This document shows, piece by piece, positions 12,901 through 25,459 of a stretch of 64,000 nucleotides of DNA (positions are counted from its first letter, which is position 1; each line of letters begins with the position of its first letter). Both the position numbers and the translations under genes were made by a program. The stretch spans positions 62,001 to 126,000 of the forward strand of contig JAYWIR010000111.1 of assembly GCA_036172245.1 (NCBI GenBank), given 5' to 3'. The notes beneath the pieces are model-generated. The model worked only from the letters and a program-made list of their open reading frames with translations. It was not told the DNA's origin and did no database searches. This DNA comes from Raillietiella orientalis. Its lineage: Eukaryota.

Positions 12901-14974
12901 TGAGCGGACGTGTTTTTCCGTCGTTCCACCTGCGTGGCAAGAGGAGTGTTCTCTATTTGAGTGTTCTGTGCGTTCACATCGTCGGTGTTAGATGGCATCG
13001 CTGCCAGAGGACACTACGATAGAGGTAGGCGTGGGGGAGGCTAGCTTCTCCTCACGGCCTACAGAATCAGGGGCATCTGCACCGGAATCCTCTTCGGCGA
13101 CGCCGAGGACGTGGAGCGCCATGGTTGCCGCGTCTAGCGCGGAAACCATGCCGGAGCAAGCGGCCTACAGGGCCTCTGGATATGAACCATCACTGGTTTA
13201 TAAGGTAGGACCCTTGTTTAATGGTCGCACCTCCCAGGCCTTCAGCAAGGCATCACAGGATCTTCCTGTTCGCGAGGAGGATCTCGACGGCCTTTCCATA
13301 CTCAGCGGGGGCAGGGCGTGGAGTTCGTCAGCAAAGACGTAGCCATAGCAAAGCGCTTGATGAACACATCGCTGAATGTGGATTGCAGGAAGATCTTACC
13401 GGTTTGCATGGATTGCTCGGTAGTTGTCCATCTAACCGGAATTACGAACCGCGTTACGCGCTCTGCAGTGAATGATGAATTAAGAAAGTACGGCGAGGTA
13501 CACGCGCTCTGGCCAAAGCCAACCATCTTTAATGGCTTTAATAGTTATTTCAAAGGGCGGGCAGCAGCGCGTGTCACTGTAAATAAGGTTGCTGGGTTAA
13601 CCCGCAAACTGGAGGTCGCGAAGGAATCCGTCGACCTCTGGCACGTGGGAAAACATCGCTATTGTAACTACTGCAATGCAGTAGGGCACTTGTGCAAGCG
13701 GTGCCCGAACATTGTATGCCACCTATGCGGAAAGAAGAAGCACGTTCGACGCGTGTGATCTAAGCGCCCCATCCCGGTGCCCGCTGCTGCCAAAAAGGCA
13801 CAGGAAAGAAGCAGAAAGCTGGTCGAAAGGCGAAAAGTTGAAAATGGCCGCTCCCATCTGCCAGCCTCCCTTCCTACCACACAGGCGTTCGGAGGAAAAA
13901 CTCCCAAAGACGCAGGAGTGGAGGATGGCTGGCAGCTGGTTAAGGCCAGGAAAGAAAAGTAGATTCTGAGGAAACAAAAGTCGGAAAAGAAAACTGCCCG
14001 CAAAATTGAAAAAGCCGTTCCGCTTTCAAAAAAACTTCGCGAGTGCTCCGTGGCATCGGAACCCTTAGCCGTTCCTGTGGAGGTCGCCTGCGGAAATGTT
14101 CAGCGAACAACTGATGGAGTCGCGATTGAAAATCGAGTGGACGAGCTTACTCTAGGCTTAGAGTGTGAGACGCGCGACTCGTGCTCCGAAAGAGAGGACG
14201 CCGCGTTCGATAAGGTCGCGGAGGAAACCGCGGCGACGTTCGCCGGCAACGAAGACGCGGCCTTCGAGAAGGCCTCGCAGGAGCTCGCAGCAACGCTTGC
14301 CAAGCGCGAAACCCCGTTTTGCAAGGGCGTCCGCAGCCCGGCTCCGAAGAAAATGTCTGCCGCAGGTGAGTCCGACTAGGAGGCCGGAAACTCATCCTCC
14401 TCCGCGGAGGCACCACCTCGAAAAGCAGGACGTAAGTTCCGAAAGCTCAAGGAGTGCCCTCTTGTTTCGAAGAAAGAAGAAAAACAAGACGACGACTGCA
14501 GCGTGGCACCCCGGAGGGGAATCTCTCACGCTCGGAAGCCGGCGCACAGGCTTCGCCCACTGAGGAAGGTGAGCAGGGTAACGAAGCCAACCCTGCATGC
14601 GACGAACCAAAAAAGCCCGCCCCTATGGAGGAGGGCGATCAGGTAGGCGCGACCACACCTTCGGGCGATCCGCTTGACACGCCGACACCAATGGAGGAAG
14701 GGGATCAGGTGCTCGACGCACCAACCCGTCCGCCTCCAAGCGCCCCGCCTCAACAGGTGGCGTACGCCGCACTGCCACTTTCGCAGGATTAACACCTGGG
14801 CTCGCCTGTCGCCGTCAAAAACGCGTAGCCTGTTGTTGTGTCAACGGGCTGCGCGACGACGGCAACAGACGAGATACGGCCTGCGTGAGTTCGACCTGTC
14901 CCTGCTGTAGGAGTTCCACGTGAACACCGCGGCAGACGTCGAGGAGAACGAGACGATCGCGGGGTGTCGGCTGT
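12901..14974 (+). mobile_element. Family A copy A0: 5'UTR, ORF1 and start of endonuclease, interrupted by E
   Basis: Starts TGAGCGGACGTGTTTTT. ORF1 begins MASLPEDTTIEVGVGEA at 12992, with knuckles CNYCNAVGHLCKRC and CHLCGKKKHVRRV* and PMEEG repeats. Confidence 0.88.
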
Positions 14975-17900
14975 TTATCGCCCGGGTGCGCCGGGGCGTT
15001 TATTACAAACTATACGGGAACAAAGTTCCCGGACAAAGGACATAGAGTAACGAAGAGGGTGCGAACCCCGACACGCAGGTCGGTAAGACGTAAGTCCGGA
15101 ACGGGAGGGAGGGGACCACAAATACACCGTATAGGAAAAATAAAAATAAACATATGCAGGGCAGGGGACAGGGATCTTTGGTACGGCCGTTCCTTTCTTT
15201 CAGAACCGGCGATGGATGCCGGGGATCTCTCTCCTCACGCTCTCTGGTAGAAGGGTCCACACGGCAGCCGACGACATGCTGGCGCTGGCTAAGCCGGTGG
15301 GCTGACGAAGGATGGCCATCTTTTCCACTTGTTGGTGGGCTTTGTCGATGGCACGAATGCAACACACGGTTACAACAACAGCACCAAAGAGCAGGCCGCC
15401 TGGCGTGAAGAAGCGTCGCATCAAATTTCTCGCGCTTTCCCCCTGGTGCAGGAGAGCTGAGGCCAGCCTCCGCCACAGTCCTAGGAGGGCACCGCAGTCC
15501 AAGAGCAGGTGCGGGAGCTTTTCCACTTCTCGCACCGCTCACAGTTTGGGGAGACAACTCCCCCGATAACAAGGTTCGTGCGCTGGTTGGAGCGAAAACC
15601 CCAATGCAACAGCATAATCACGTCCTGCTTCCACGGAAGGGGGAACACAGAAGTGTTCAAATACGAGGGAGGAACCACAAGTTCTTCGGAGGGCACCCTC
15701 ACGTGTTCGCTTAACCGAAGGAGTCCCTTCGGAACGTGGCGAGGCGTGACGTCTTCCGCCAGCTCGCATGTCCTCCAGACGAAGATAGGTCTCGTTGTTC
15801 CTGCGATGGTGCAGGCGACCTCCCATCTCGCCCGTTCGCAGCGGTCATCTTTTACCCTGAGGGCTGACAGTGCGTTAACGAGGTGGGTGACGGCCAGGCG
15901 GGTCGACTTCTCCTGGCTGTTGCACACCTCATCCACCATGCAGTACGGGGAGAGGAGAGCGCAACGGAGTTCCAGGACGGAAACATTCTGGTGGTTTGCA
16001 CAGCCATGCAACGGTTCCTGCCGTCAGGCTTGAAAGTTCGTTGGGCGGCAGGAGATCCATTCCTGGGCTTCCAGGAGCCGGTAGAGAGGTTTCAAGAGGA
16101 AAGCGAAGCTTCTCGTGGCGCGCTCCGCGTACGGCCGCAGCGAGAGAAGTCCATCGCTGCCTGTGCAGCGCAGCAGAAGCAGACGCGCGGGTGCGCACCA
16201 AGGAGTGGAACAAAGGTTGGCGCACAGAACCAACATCCGAAGCTGCACCTGCAGCTCGATTCTCTCCAGAGGCAGGATGCCTAAGCCAGCTCCCCGACGC
16301 GGAGGCGCCAAGCCTTTGAGGCGGATCCTGGACCTCGCATGTCCCCACAAAGCGTTCTTCAACAGGCTGTGCGCCTGAAGCTTGGCCGAGTAGGGGAGCG
16401 GGGAAACAAAAAGCAGAAGACGCAAGAGGGGGGAAACGAAGGTGTTCCATATCGTGGCCCGCTCCGGCAGGACGAATCTGCCATGGTGTATCGGGCTCAG
16501 GACATTCGAAGCCTTCCGAAGGCATTCCGTCCACACTTCCACTGGGCTGATGTTCCCCAGCGGAACGCCCAGATATTGCATGGAGGAAGCGGTCGGGATC
16601 CCCAGGCGGATCCAGTCGGACTGCCCCTCCCACGAAGCACCAATAGGTACGACCACTCTCTTGCTCCGGTTTACGCTCATGCCCGCTCTCCGCCGAATCA
16701 GCTCGAAGAAATCCTCGAGACTGGACGCCGGGGTGGTGATGGGAAAGAGGAGAAGCAATCGTCAGCTCAGGCCGCCACAGACGACGTTCCTGGACAAGAG
16801 CTCGGCAGGTTGGCCACCGTCAGCCTGTACGCCCTCAGCACCAACTCAAAGAAGATGCTGGAGAGCCACGGGCTTAAGCTGTCGCTCTGCCTGATGCCTC
16901 GACGAACCGGCACGCCGTACACGTGGCAGCCGCTAAAAGAGATGGAAATGCGCGCGTGGCGCCAACAAGCGCGCAAATGTGCCACGAGTTGCACCGGGAG
17001 ACCGACACGTTCCAAGAGCTCCAGCAGGAGATCCTGATTTACGCAATCGAACTCCTTCCGGAGATCGACCGCTACCGCGAAGGCACACGGCGCTTTCCCA
17101 GGTCGAATGCAGCGACTCCTAGCCTCGGCAACCGCAGATGCGGTTGCCTGGCTGTCGTGCGCTACGCAACGTTGCAGCTCGAGCCACGTACGCGCCAATC
17201 ACAGATTCGCCTGTATGGACCGCCTAAGAACAGCGTGAGACTGCTCCGGACATACCACGAATCCAGCGATCCTGCCTAGGCGCGCTACTCACAGCCTGGA
17301 GAACAACTTGACGTTCGCATTCACCAAGGTAATGGGACGCCAGTTGCTTAAACGGCGCATGTCTCCGCTTTCCGGCAAGAGACGCTCCCTTGCTAAGCGA
17401 AACGAGGCCGGTACATTGCCCGTCACTTGCTTCCGCAAAGGAAGCCTCAGCACCAGAAAGATGAGTTCCGCCGCGAAGCACTGGAAGAAGTCCACAGGCA
17501 GATCATCCTCACCTGTCCCCTTACACTTCTTGAAGCCCGCTATAGCGGAAGACATTTCTTCCGCCGTGAAGGGCAAGTGAAGTGTGGTGCGTTCTTCCTC
17601 GTCGACCGCCGGGGAATCCGCCTGCAGGAGCAGCTCCGAGAGAAGGCGTTCCGTCGTCTCCCTAGCATACAACGAGGAATAGTAGCGCTTTACGAGGCAG
17701 CAAACTTTAGCCGCGCCCGAGCACTCCAGGCCCTAGTCGTCGAGCAGACAAGCTGCTCCCGACTGCCAGACCTGACGCTCGGCCTTGGCCTTGTACTCCG
17801 CAAGGTACCGTACGTCCGAGCATCGGGAGAATTGGCGGGCCTGCAGAAACTCTCTGCAGTTGGCTGCGCCTTCTTGGAAGCCACGGGGAAGCACGCGCAA

Positions 17901-20123
17901 GGGTAACCGGCTGCAGAACTCGCGGACCAATCTTTTCAGATCGTCCCAGTACACGAGCTCTCCAACGGCAAAGGTCTGGAGATGCTGGCGGAGGTGCTCC
18001 GCAGCCACTGGATTTCTCAACCAGTCGGCCGGCAACCTCCAGACGTGCGTCGAAGGGCCCTTGCCAGGAGGGAGTAGCTCAAACTCCAGCCTGTAGTGGT
18101 CGGAAAGCTTGGACGGCTCGGGACCTCTTCGACACACCGGGCAATGCAGTTGATCGTCGAGGAACAGATGGTCCGGCCAAGCACGCATCCCGGGATCGTC
18201 GGCCAGCAAATTCGAGGCGTCCACCGACGCGCACATCTCGTTCACCAGCCGTTTCTCCCGGCGACTGTGAGACTCCTCCGATAGCGCGTGGACGTTGAAG
18301 TCCCCGGCTTCGAGGTGAGCCACGTCGGGGCCGGAGTTGCTGAGACAGCGGTCGCGCAGCCTCTCGAAAAACTCCAGTTTCTCGGTGTGACGCGCGGAGC
18401 CGCTTGGCGCGTACACGTTCGTGACGACAAGGTTGATCGATTCGGACCACTTGAGAACAAGTTGGCCCACACGACCTTCCTTGTCGAAACAAACGCTCCG
18501 CACTGCACTTGCCACACTGCGCTGGACAAGGAATGCGACTCCGCAGGTATTCTGAGAGCCTGACATCCAATGGAGCGTCCCGCCTGCGCAAACTTGCAGA
18601 TGGGCCGCTTGCTGCTCGGAGAGTGCGTGAATCTCCTTCAGCATGGCCAGATCGATGTCGCGCAAGACGTTGGCAACCAATCGCCTCTTCTCGTTGTCCT
18701 GCAGCCCGTTGACCTTCCAACAGGCCACTCGGACGCGACGGGAAGAAGCGAGACCGCTTATTGCTGCTACGGACATGGAGGTGCGTTCCTCGCCCCGTCC
18801 GGCGAGGCATCCGCCGGGAGCACGGCGGATGACGTAGCGCAAGCGCTTCCTGTCCTCGCCGAGCCGCTCACGGCCGGCTCGGTCGAGTCGAGGACCATTG
18901 CCTATGGCTCCGAGGAGCATCGGGAACCGTTCCCGACATCAGGCTCTTGCCTGGCAAGTTTTAGCTTGCGCGCAGCCCTGGCCTTTACCGGGGCTTGAAG
19001 AGCCTTAGCGCTGCCCCCGGACTATTCCTCGGAGTCCAAATTCCGCGCGCGTGCCGCGCGTTTCGTCTGCCTCTTTTTTTGCTGGCAGCCCGGAGCTGGT
19101 CCAGCACTCTTAGAGGGTGCCTTCGTCGCCGATCCCCCTTCCTGGGTCATGGCATCGGCGGCTCTTCTCTCGCAGCGGGTGTTTGCGACGGCGCGCCCGG
19201 CGGCAGCAGTGGCTTTTCCTTGCGCCTTCCTTGGCGTGTGGGGCTGCCTCTTCAGCCCGCCTACCTTTCTGATCGGGAAGTGGGAAGGATCGCGCGGTTT
19301 GCTCTCCTTCTTTTCCCGACGAAGGTCCAGGCATCATCACCGCCTTCCACTTTGCCTCGGTTGGGCGCGAGGGCTTCCAAGATCCTTCCCAACCTTTCCA
19401 ATGCCTCGGATACGGCGATGGAAGCCAGTGTCTCCTTCGTCACGTCTGCCTTCTGCACCTCCTTACAGGAAGGTGTGAGCAGAGTGGCGGGATTCTCGTG
19501 GGTTGCGCGAGGCTTTTCAGCCTTTGCTGGCATTCGGCCCGCCGTGGCCGGCTTTCCTGTCGCGGGCAAAGGGGCGCGCGACCCCTTTCTCGACGCTACG
19601 GCGGACTTCCCGGGCGTGCCACCGCTATTTTACTATGTAGCGAGAGCGGACGCAAGCGGCGGTTTTGCAGTCTGCCCCAGGTTTTTTCCAGACTGCTTTG
19701 CCCGGGGCTTGTTTTTAGCAGCTTGGAGAAGCTTTTTGCCCTTTTGTGCGGGCATTTGAGAAGCATTGCTCCCAAACACGCCCGCGCAATCGGACTTTGT
19801 GCTTGTCCGCTGCGAAACCTCGTTCGCGCCGGATTTCTTCCCCGAAGACGGAGCGGATGGAGTCGGCGCGAACGGCGATGTTGCAAGGAGGTTACTTGTC
19901 CTTCTCTTTAGTTTTAGATCGGCGCACTCCTTAATCAAGTTACTGAGCAGCTTACAGTATCGGCAACTGCGTGTTGGGCACTTCCATGGACGGTGACCCT
20001 TCTTCCCGCAGTTGTCGGAAGCTGGGGTTTGCCCGGCAAACCGAAGATAGACGACAAAGTCACCGAGGAGGATCTGCGGAAGCATGAGCTTCCGATCGTC
20101 CATAGTGACGCGCGCCGTCGCGA
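14975..20123 (-). mobile_element. Family E element (nearly complete ORF2, 3' part of ORF1)
   Basis: 3' hairpin terminus at 14975-15004. ORF2 motifs are CWKVNG, TNVYAP, AGDFN, SDH, DLRKEFD and RQSDSLSP, with C-terminal CERC..HLLLDC. Confidence 0.9.
15200..18776 (-). pseudogene. Family E ORF2 (APE endonuclease-reverse transcriptase)
   Basis: ORF pieces 17733-18920, 17289-17672, 16767-17198, 16024-16758, 15481-16011 and 15200-15535 join into one EN-RT-CCHC protein with frameshifts and stops. Confidence 0.88.
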
Positions 20124-23068
20124 TTCACACCCGCATGTGCCGGGGCATTTATTTCATTGAAATAAAATTACATAGAAATGTCGCGTGGCGAACCCTAAGG
20201 TACACCACTCCAAAACATTTTGCTGGTTACCGGCTCCATGCCGGAGAGGTCCTTCCGATGCGCGGAGATGGAAAATAAAGAAAAACAAAAAGAAACAAAA
20301 AGTTCAAATGTGGGGGGGAACAAATGTTGTAGGGGTGGGAGGGCAGGGAAGGGAAGACGGTGCGCTTGGAAAGGTCCTCTAGATCCTACTCAGGATCCGC
20401 ACAAGCTGAGTCCTTTCAGCACCCAAGTGGCGCCACTTGCGTACACTGCGCGCGGAAAGGCGAGTCCAGTGTAAGGCGTTGCCGGTTGGCTGACGCCTTC
20501 TTCTGGTGGCGTTCCAAGCCGCCACTATTCCTCTGATGCAACAGAGGACTGCTACACTAGCCAACAGGGACAAGGCGTCACCACAGAAGAGGCGCATTAA
20601 AACGTCCTTTGGGCCGCATCCGCGCAAGTACAGGATCGCCGCGAGACGATCACACAAAGGGCGGAGGGCGCTACACTCAAGGAGAAGGTGGGGAATGTTT
20701 CTTTTTCCCCAGTCCGGTCACAATTAGGATCCACAGACCCCCGGGTTTTGTGGTGCAGGCGTGCTATGAATGAAAATCCCCTGAGAACCACAAGAAACGC
20801 CACATCCTGCCATTTCAGGGGGAGGGATGCACTGTTCCAGGACGCTGTGGGCCACTTTATCTCTTTCGGAGATAGTCCGAGTAGCTCGCCCCAGCGTCGA
20901 ATTCCGTTGAGCGAAACACTCGGCGTCGCAGCGTCAGCTAGCTGCCGAGATGTCCACGCCTTTATCGATTGTGTCCTGCCGCCTATAGTGCAGGACACGG
21001 TCCATTTCCCCTGCTCGCTACTGTCCCTGGCATTCACAAAGAAGGGCAGCACTGGGGCGAGGGGCGTTATCAAGGCCCCCAGAAGCTTGTCGTGGGACTG
21101 CACGATCTCCTGCAGCTTCCTGCGGGCGTGCCTTCTCATACAAGTGTTCCTTGTGCCAGCCGGAACGTGGATCTTTACCCAGGTGGAGACTGACTCGTAC
21201 AACCAGGCGGAGTAGTTCCCTGGGAGGCAGGAGATCCAGGCGTTCTCCCGAACAGCAACGAAGATGCGTCGCAGCATAGAGCCACAGTATGGTCTTCTGC
21301 AGACGCGTGCAGATGGAAACGACAAACGTCCGCCGATTCCGCAGGCTCGTTGAGCTAGCAGGCGTGCTGGAACGCACCAAGTCGTGTCCCACAATTCGGC
21401 CGCGAGGGCGAGAGTCCTGAATCCAAGTTGCAGTTCCATGCGCTCCAGCGTAAGTACGCCAAGTCCACCGTCCTTACGTGGAGCGCACAAGTCTTTGAGC
21501 CTCACACGGGACCTCCCTTTGCCCCAAAGACTGTCCTCAGAAGGCCCGCTGCTCGTTTCCGAATAAAATAAGGAAAGGGGCAAAGAAAAAGTAGGGGGCG
21601 AAGGAGGGGAACCGCAAGCGCGTTCCACACCGCGGCCCGTTCCGGGAAGTAAAACCCTCCTTGCAGGAACGGACCGATCGCCGTATCGACTTTTTGGAGG
21701 CAGCTGTACCACGCTTCCGCAGGGGAAAAGTCCCCCGACGGCACACCGAGGTACTTAATGCAGCTCACCGTGAGGATCCCCAGACGGACCCAGTCCTGCT
21801 GGCCTGCCCACGTCGCTCCAACTGGCAACACTGACGACTTCGCCCTGTTAAGCTGTAATCAGGCCCCACGGCTAAGCAGGTCGAAGAAATCGCCGAACGC
21901 CTTTGCCGGGGTGGACATAGGTAAGAGGAGAAGAAGATCGTCGACATAGGTTGCTACGGCTGGCGTACCGGGGCACGAGCTCGGCAAGGGGGCCAAAGTC
22001 ACCTTGTACGCTCTCAGCACCAACACAGCGTAGGTGCTAAAAAGCAGGGAGCTGAGTCTGTCGCCCTGCCTTATGCCCCGCCGCACCGGCACGCCATACA
22101 CCTTTTGTCTAGTAAAAGTAATCGAGATTATCGCAATCCGCCAGCAAGAGCGCAGGTAAGTAATCAAGGAGGGAGGGAAGCCCATGCGACCCAGCAGCTC
22201 CAAGAGGAGTTCCTGGTCAACACAGTCGAATGCCTTATGGAGGTTTACTGCGATCGCTAGGGCCCCTTTCCCGCATGAGGGTCCTTACCCTGTCCCAGTT
22301 TCGGCCTTAAAGTAGGGTTGCAAATTTTCCCTTTCCCTTCGTTCTTACTCCGCTGCGCGTGCATCCATGTGCTCGCGAAGATGAGGTTGTCCTCCATACT
22401 TCGCCCGGCAACAGCGTAAGTGTGCTCTTGGCTAATTATGGAATTGGACAGCTGCCCCAATCGCGACGCTCACAGCCCGGCAACCAACTTGGCGTCCGTG
22501 TTCACAATCGTGATCGGACGCCAGTTGCAAAGTTTCCTGAGGTCTCCTCCCTTCGGGAGGAGCCTCACCCTGGCTGACCGAAACGAGGCGGGAACATCGC
22601 CTTCGTCTCGGATTCGCCTTGTCAACTAGAGCACCAGTTGATACAGCTCTTCCGCGAAACTCTGAAAGAACTCCGCAAGAAAGCCGTCATCCCCTGCCGA
22701 CTTACGCCTCTTGAGCCTTTTGATACCGGCAAAAATATCAACGGTCGTGAAAGGCTCATCTAGGTTTTCTCTCTCCTCCTCCTCTATCGCCATGGAACCA
22801 CTCATGAGCAATCGCCGCGAGGCGTCTTGTTCGGATGGTGTTTTGGCGTAAACGGAGGAATAAAAACACCGCACGAGATTGCGTACCGCTGACGGGGACG
22901 AACGTTCCCGGACCAGGTCATTCAGCATGCTGGCTGACCCGGATTGCCAGGCTTGACGATCAGCTGCGGCGCGGTATTCGGCCAGGCGACGGACATTGGG
23001 GTTCCTCTCGTGAAGACGCGCGTGCAAATACGCGCGTTCTTTGCGAGCCCCGTCGCCGAATCCCTTGG
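20124..23068 (-). mobile_element. Family C element, 3' half (RT, C-terminus, 3'UTR); host of the A array
   Basis: 3' terminus AATAAA-TGCCCCGG..GCGGGTG at 20124-20153. ORF2 has RQGDRLS and PAVATYVDD, and is cut at PKGFGDG by A1. Confidence 0.88.
23054..23068 (+). repeat. 15-bp target-site duplication of family A (CGCCGAATCCCTTGG), copy 1
   Basis: Same 15-mer at 34634-34648 and, with one mismatch, at 40291-40305. Each copy lies immediately before an A 5' end. Confidence 0.9.
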
Positions 23069-23159
23069 CGAGTAGACGTGTGTTTCCCTCGCTCCCGAGT
23101 GAGTCGACAGGAAGCGGTTTTTTCTATTGTTGTTTGGTGTGGAACATCGTTGGTGTCCG

Positions 23160-24914
23160 ATGGCAGCGATGCCTGAGGACACCACGATGAATATAGGTGT
23201 GGGGGAGGCTTGCCCACCCCCACAGCCTACAGAATCAGGGGCGTCCGCCCCGGAATCGCCCTCGCCGCTCAAGGCGAGGAGCTGGAGCGCCATGGTGGCC
23301 GCGCCGAGCGCGGAAACCATGGCCGAGATGGCGGCCTACCGGGCAGCTGGGTAAAAGCCCAGCTTGGTTTACCAGGTAGGCAATCTCTTTGACGGGCGAA
23401 CTGCACGCGCTTTTTCGAAAGCGCTGCAGAACGCCAACGTGTTAGAAAAGGACCTTGACGGTCTATCCGTGCTAAGCGGGGGTCAGCGCGTTGAGGTTGT
23501 CTGCAAGGACATCACCTTGGCGCAAAGCTTGTTAACCACCCCGCTGAACGTGGACGGACGCAAGATCCTACCAGTCACGATGGACCGCTCCGTAGTGGTC
23601 CATCTGACAGGGATCACCAGCCGCATGACGCGGTCTGCGGTTGGTGATCAGTTAAGAAAGCACGGGGATGTTCCCGCGCTTTGGCCAAAGGCCACAATCT
23701 TCGATGGCTACGATAGCCTTTTCGGAGGGCAGGCCGCCGCGCGCGTGACGGTGAACGAGAGTGGGCTTCCCCACAAACTAGAGGTCAATGGCGAAGTCGT
23801 AGACCTCTGGTACGTGGGGAAACCCTGCTTTTGTGGCTACTGCAATGCAGTAGGACACTTGCGCAAGCGGTGCCCGAACATTGTGTGCCACTTATGCGGG
23901 GAGAAGGGCCACGTACGCCGCGTATGCCCTAAACGCCCCACTCCGGTGCCGCCTGCTGCAAAAAAAGCACAGGCAAAACGCAGTAAACTGGTCGAAAGAC
24001 CAAAAAGAGATACTGGCCGGCAGCAGCCGCTAGCCCCTGTTCCTCCCACACAGGCGTCGGAAGAAAAACCCTCCGAAGACGCAGGAGTCCAAGACGGCTG
24101 GCAGCTGGTCAAGGCCAGGAAGGAGAAAAAGGTGCACCCCGCGGAACCCGCGAAAGCGGTAAAAAAGACAGCCGGCAAGGCGAAAAAACCTGGGCCGCGC
24201 TCTAAGACCATGCGGGAATGTACGGTAGCACTGGAGCGCATAGCCGTTCCCGAGATTGCCACCCGGGGCGACGAGCCTTCCCTCGCCGTGTCCGCCGCGC
24301 CCGAGGTTCGCGACGACGAACCCTCTGTTTACACAGAGGGTGAGCCGCGCGACGCGCCGGTCGACACTGCGGACGCCGCGTTCGCAAAGGCGGCGGAGGA
24401 GCTCGCGGCCACGCTGGCGGAGCGTGAGAACCCCTCACGCAAGGCCGTGCGAAGGCCGGCTCCCGCGAAAAAGGCCCCCACAGGTTAGTCGGACCTGGGG
24501 GCCGGAAGTGCATCCTCCTCCTCGGAGGCACCCCCCAGGAAGTCGGGACGCAAGTCCCAGAAACCCAGGAGGCGCCTCCCCTCCACCAGCGAGGAGGAGA
24601 AGCAGGAAGGTAGCGGTAGCGTGGGAATCCCGGAGGGGGAACTCCCACGCGCGGAAGCCGTCGAGCCGGCCACCCCCATGGAGGAGGGTGAGCAGGGGGG
24701 CGAAGTCCTCCCTGCAGTCGCCGAGCCTGAACAGCCCGCCCCCATGGAGGAGGGCCAACAGGTAGGCGCCACCCCACTTAAGGGTGACCCCCTCGACGCG
24801 CCGTTACCCATGGAGGAGGGGGACCAGGTGCACGCAGCGCCTGACCCTCCTCCTCCACCTAGCGTCCCGCCCCAACAGGTGGCGGACGCCGCATCGCCAT
24901 CTTCCCAGGAATAA
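23160..24914 (+). pseudogene. A1 ORF1, zinc-knuckle nucleic-acid-binding protein (~584 codons, two premature stops)
   Basis: One reading frame with stops at 23352-23354 and 24486-24488. Knuckles CGYCNAVGHLRKRC and CHLCGEKGHVRRVC. Confidence 0.9.
24671..24830 (+). repeat. Three degenerate PMEEG(E/Q/D)Q peptide repeats in the A ORF1 C-terminus
   Basis: CCCATGGAGGAGGG recurs at a spacing of ~66-69 nt. Also seen in A0, A2, A3 and D. Confidence 0.8.
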
Positions 24915-25380
24915 CACCTGGGCTCGCCAGTCGCCGTCGGATTCGCGCCGCCTGGTGGAACGTCAACGGGCTGCGCGACGACGGTAACAGGCGAGATACG
25001 GCCGACACCCTGCGTGAGCTCGACCTGGCCCTGCTGCAGGAGATCCACGTGATCACCGCGGCAGACGCCCAAGAGATCGAGACGATCGCGGGGGTCGGCT
25101 GTATTGGCGGTGCGGCCTCTGCAACACCTGCGGGGTCGCGTTCTTCGTGAAGCCGGCCATCGACGCGGCCGTGAAGGGCGTGCGCTTCGATGACGACGGT
25201 CGGGTCGGTCAGATGATTCTCAGCTGGTCCGACTCGATCGAATTGATCGTCACGAATGTGTACGCCCCCAGCGGTAAACAGGGATACAGCGACCGTACCA
25301 GGCTGCTGGATTCCCTGAAGCGCGACTGGCTGGCGGACACGAACGTGCGGAAGGCTCACCTGATAGCGGGAGATTTCAAT
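24911..25380 (+). pseudogene. A1 ORF2, N-terminal endonuclease up to GDFN
   Basis: WNVNG, LLQEIH, TNVYAP and LIAGDFN, with a 1-nt frameshift near 25095. Confidence 0.9.
25373..25380 (+). repeat. 8-bp target-site duplication of B1 (ATTTCAAT), left copy
   Basis: Repeated at 31291-31298; single copy at the empty site in A2 (36945-36952). Confidence 0.92.
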
Positions 25381-25459
25381 CGAGTGCGGACGTGTTTTTC
25401 TTCGCTCTCGTCTCCGTGCTTTCATCCGCTTCATCTTGGCGTCGTACATTTTGACGACG

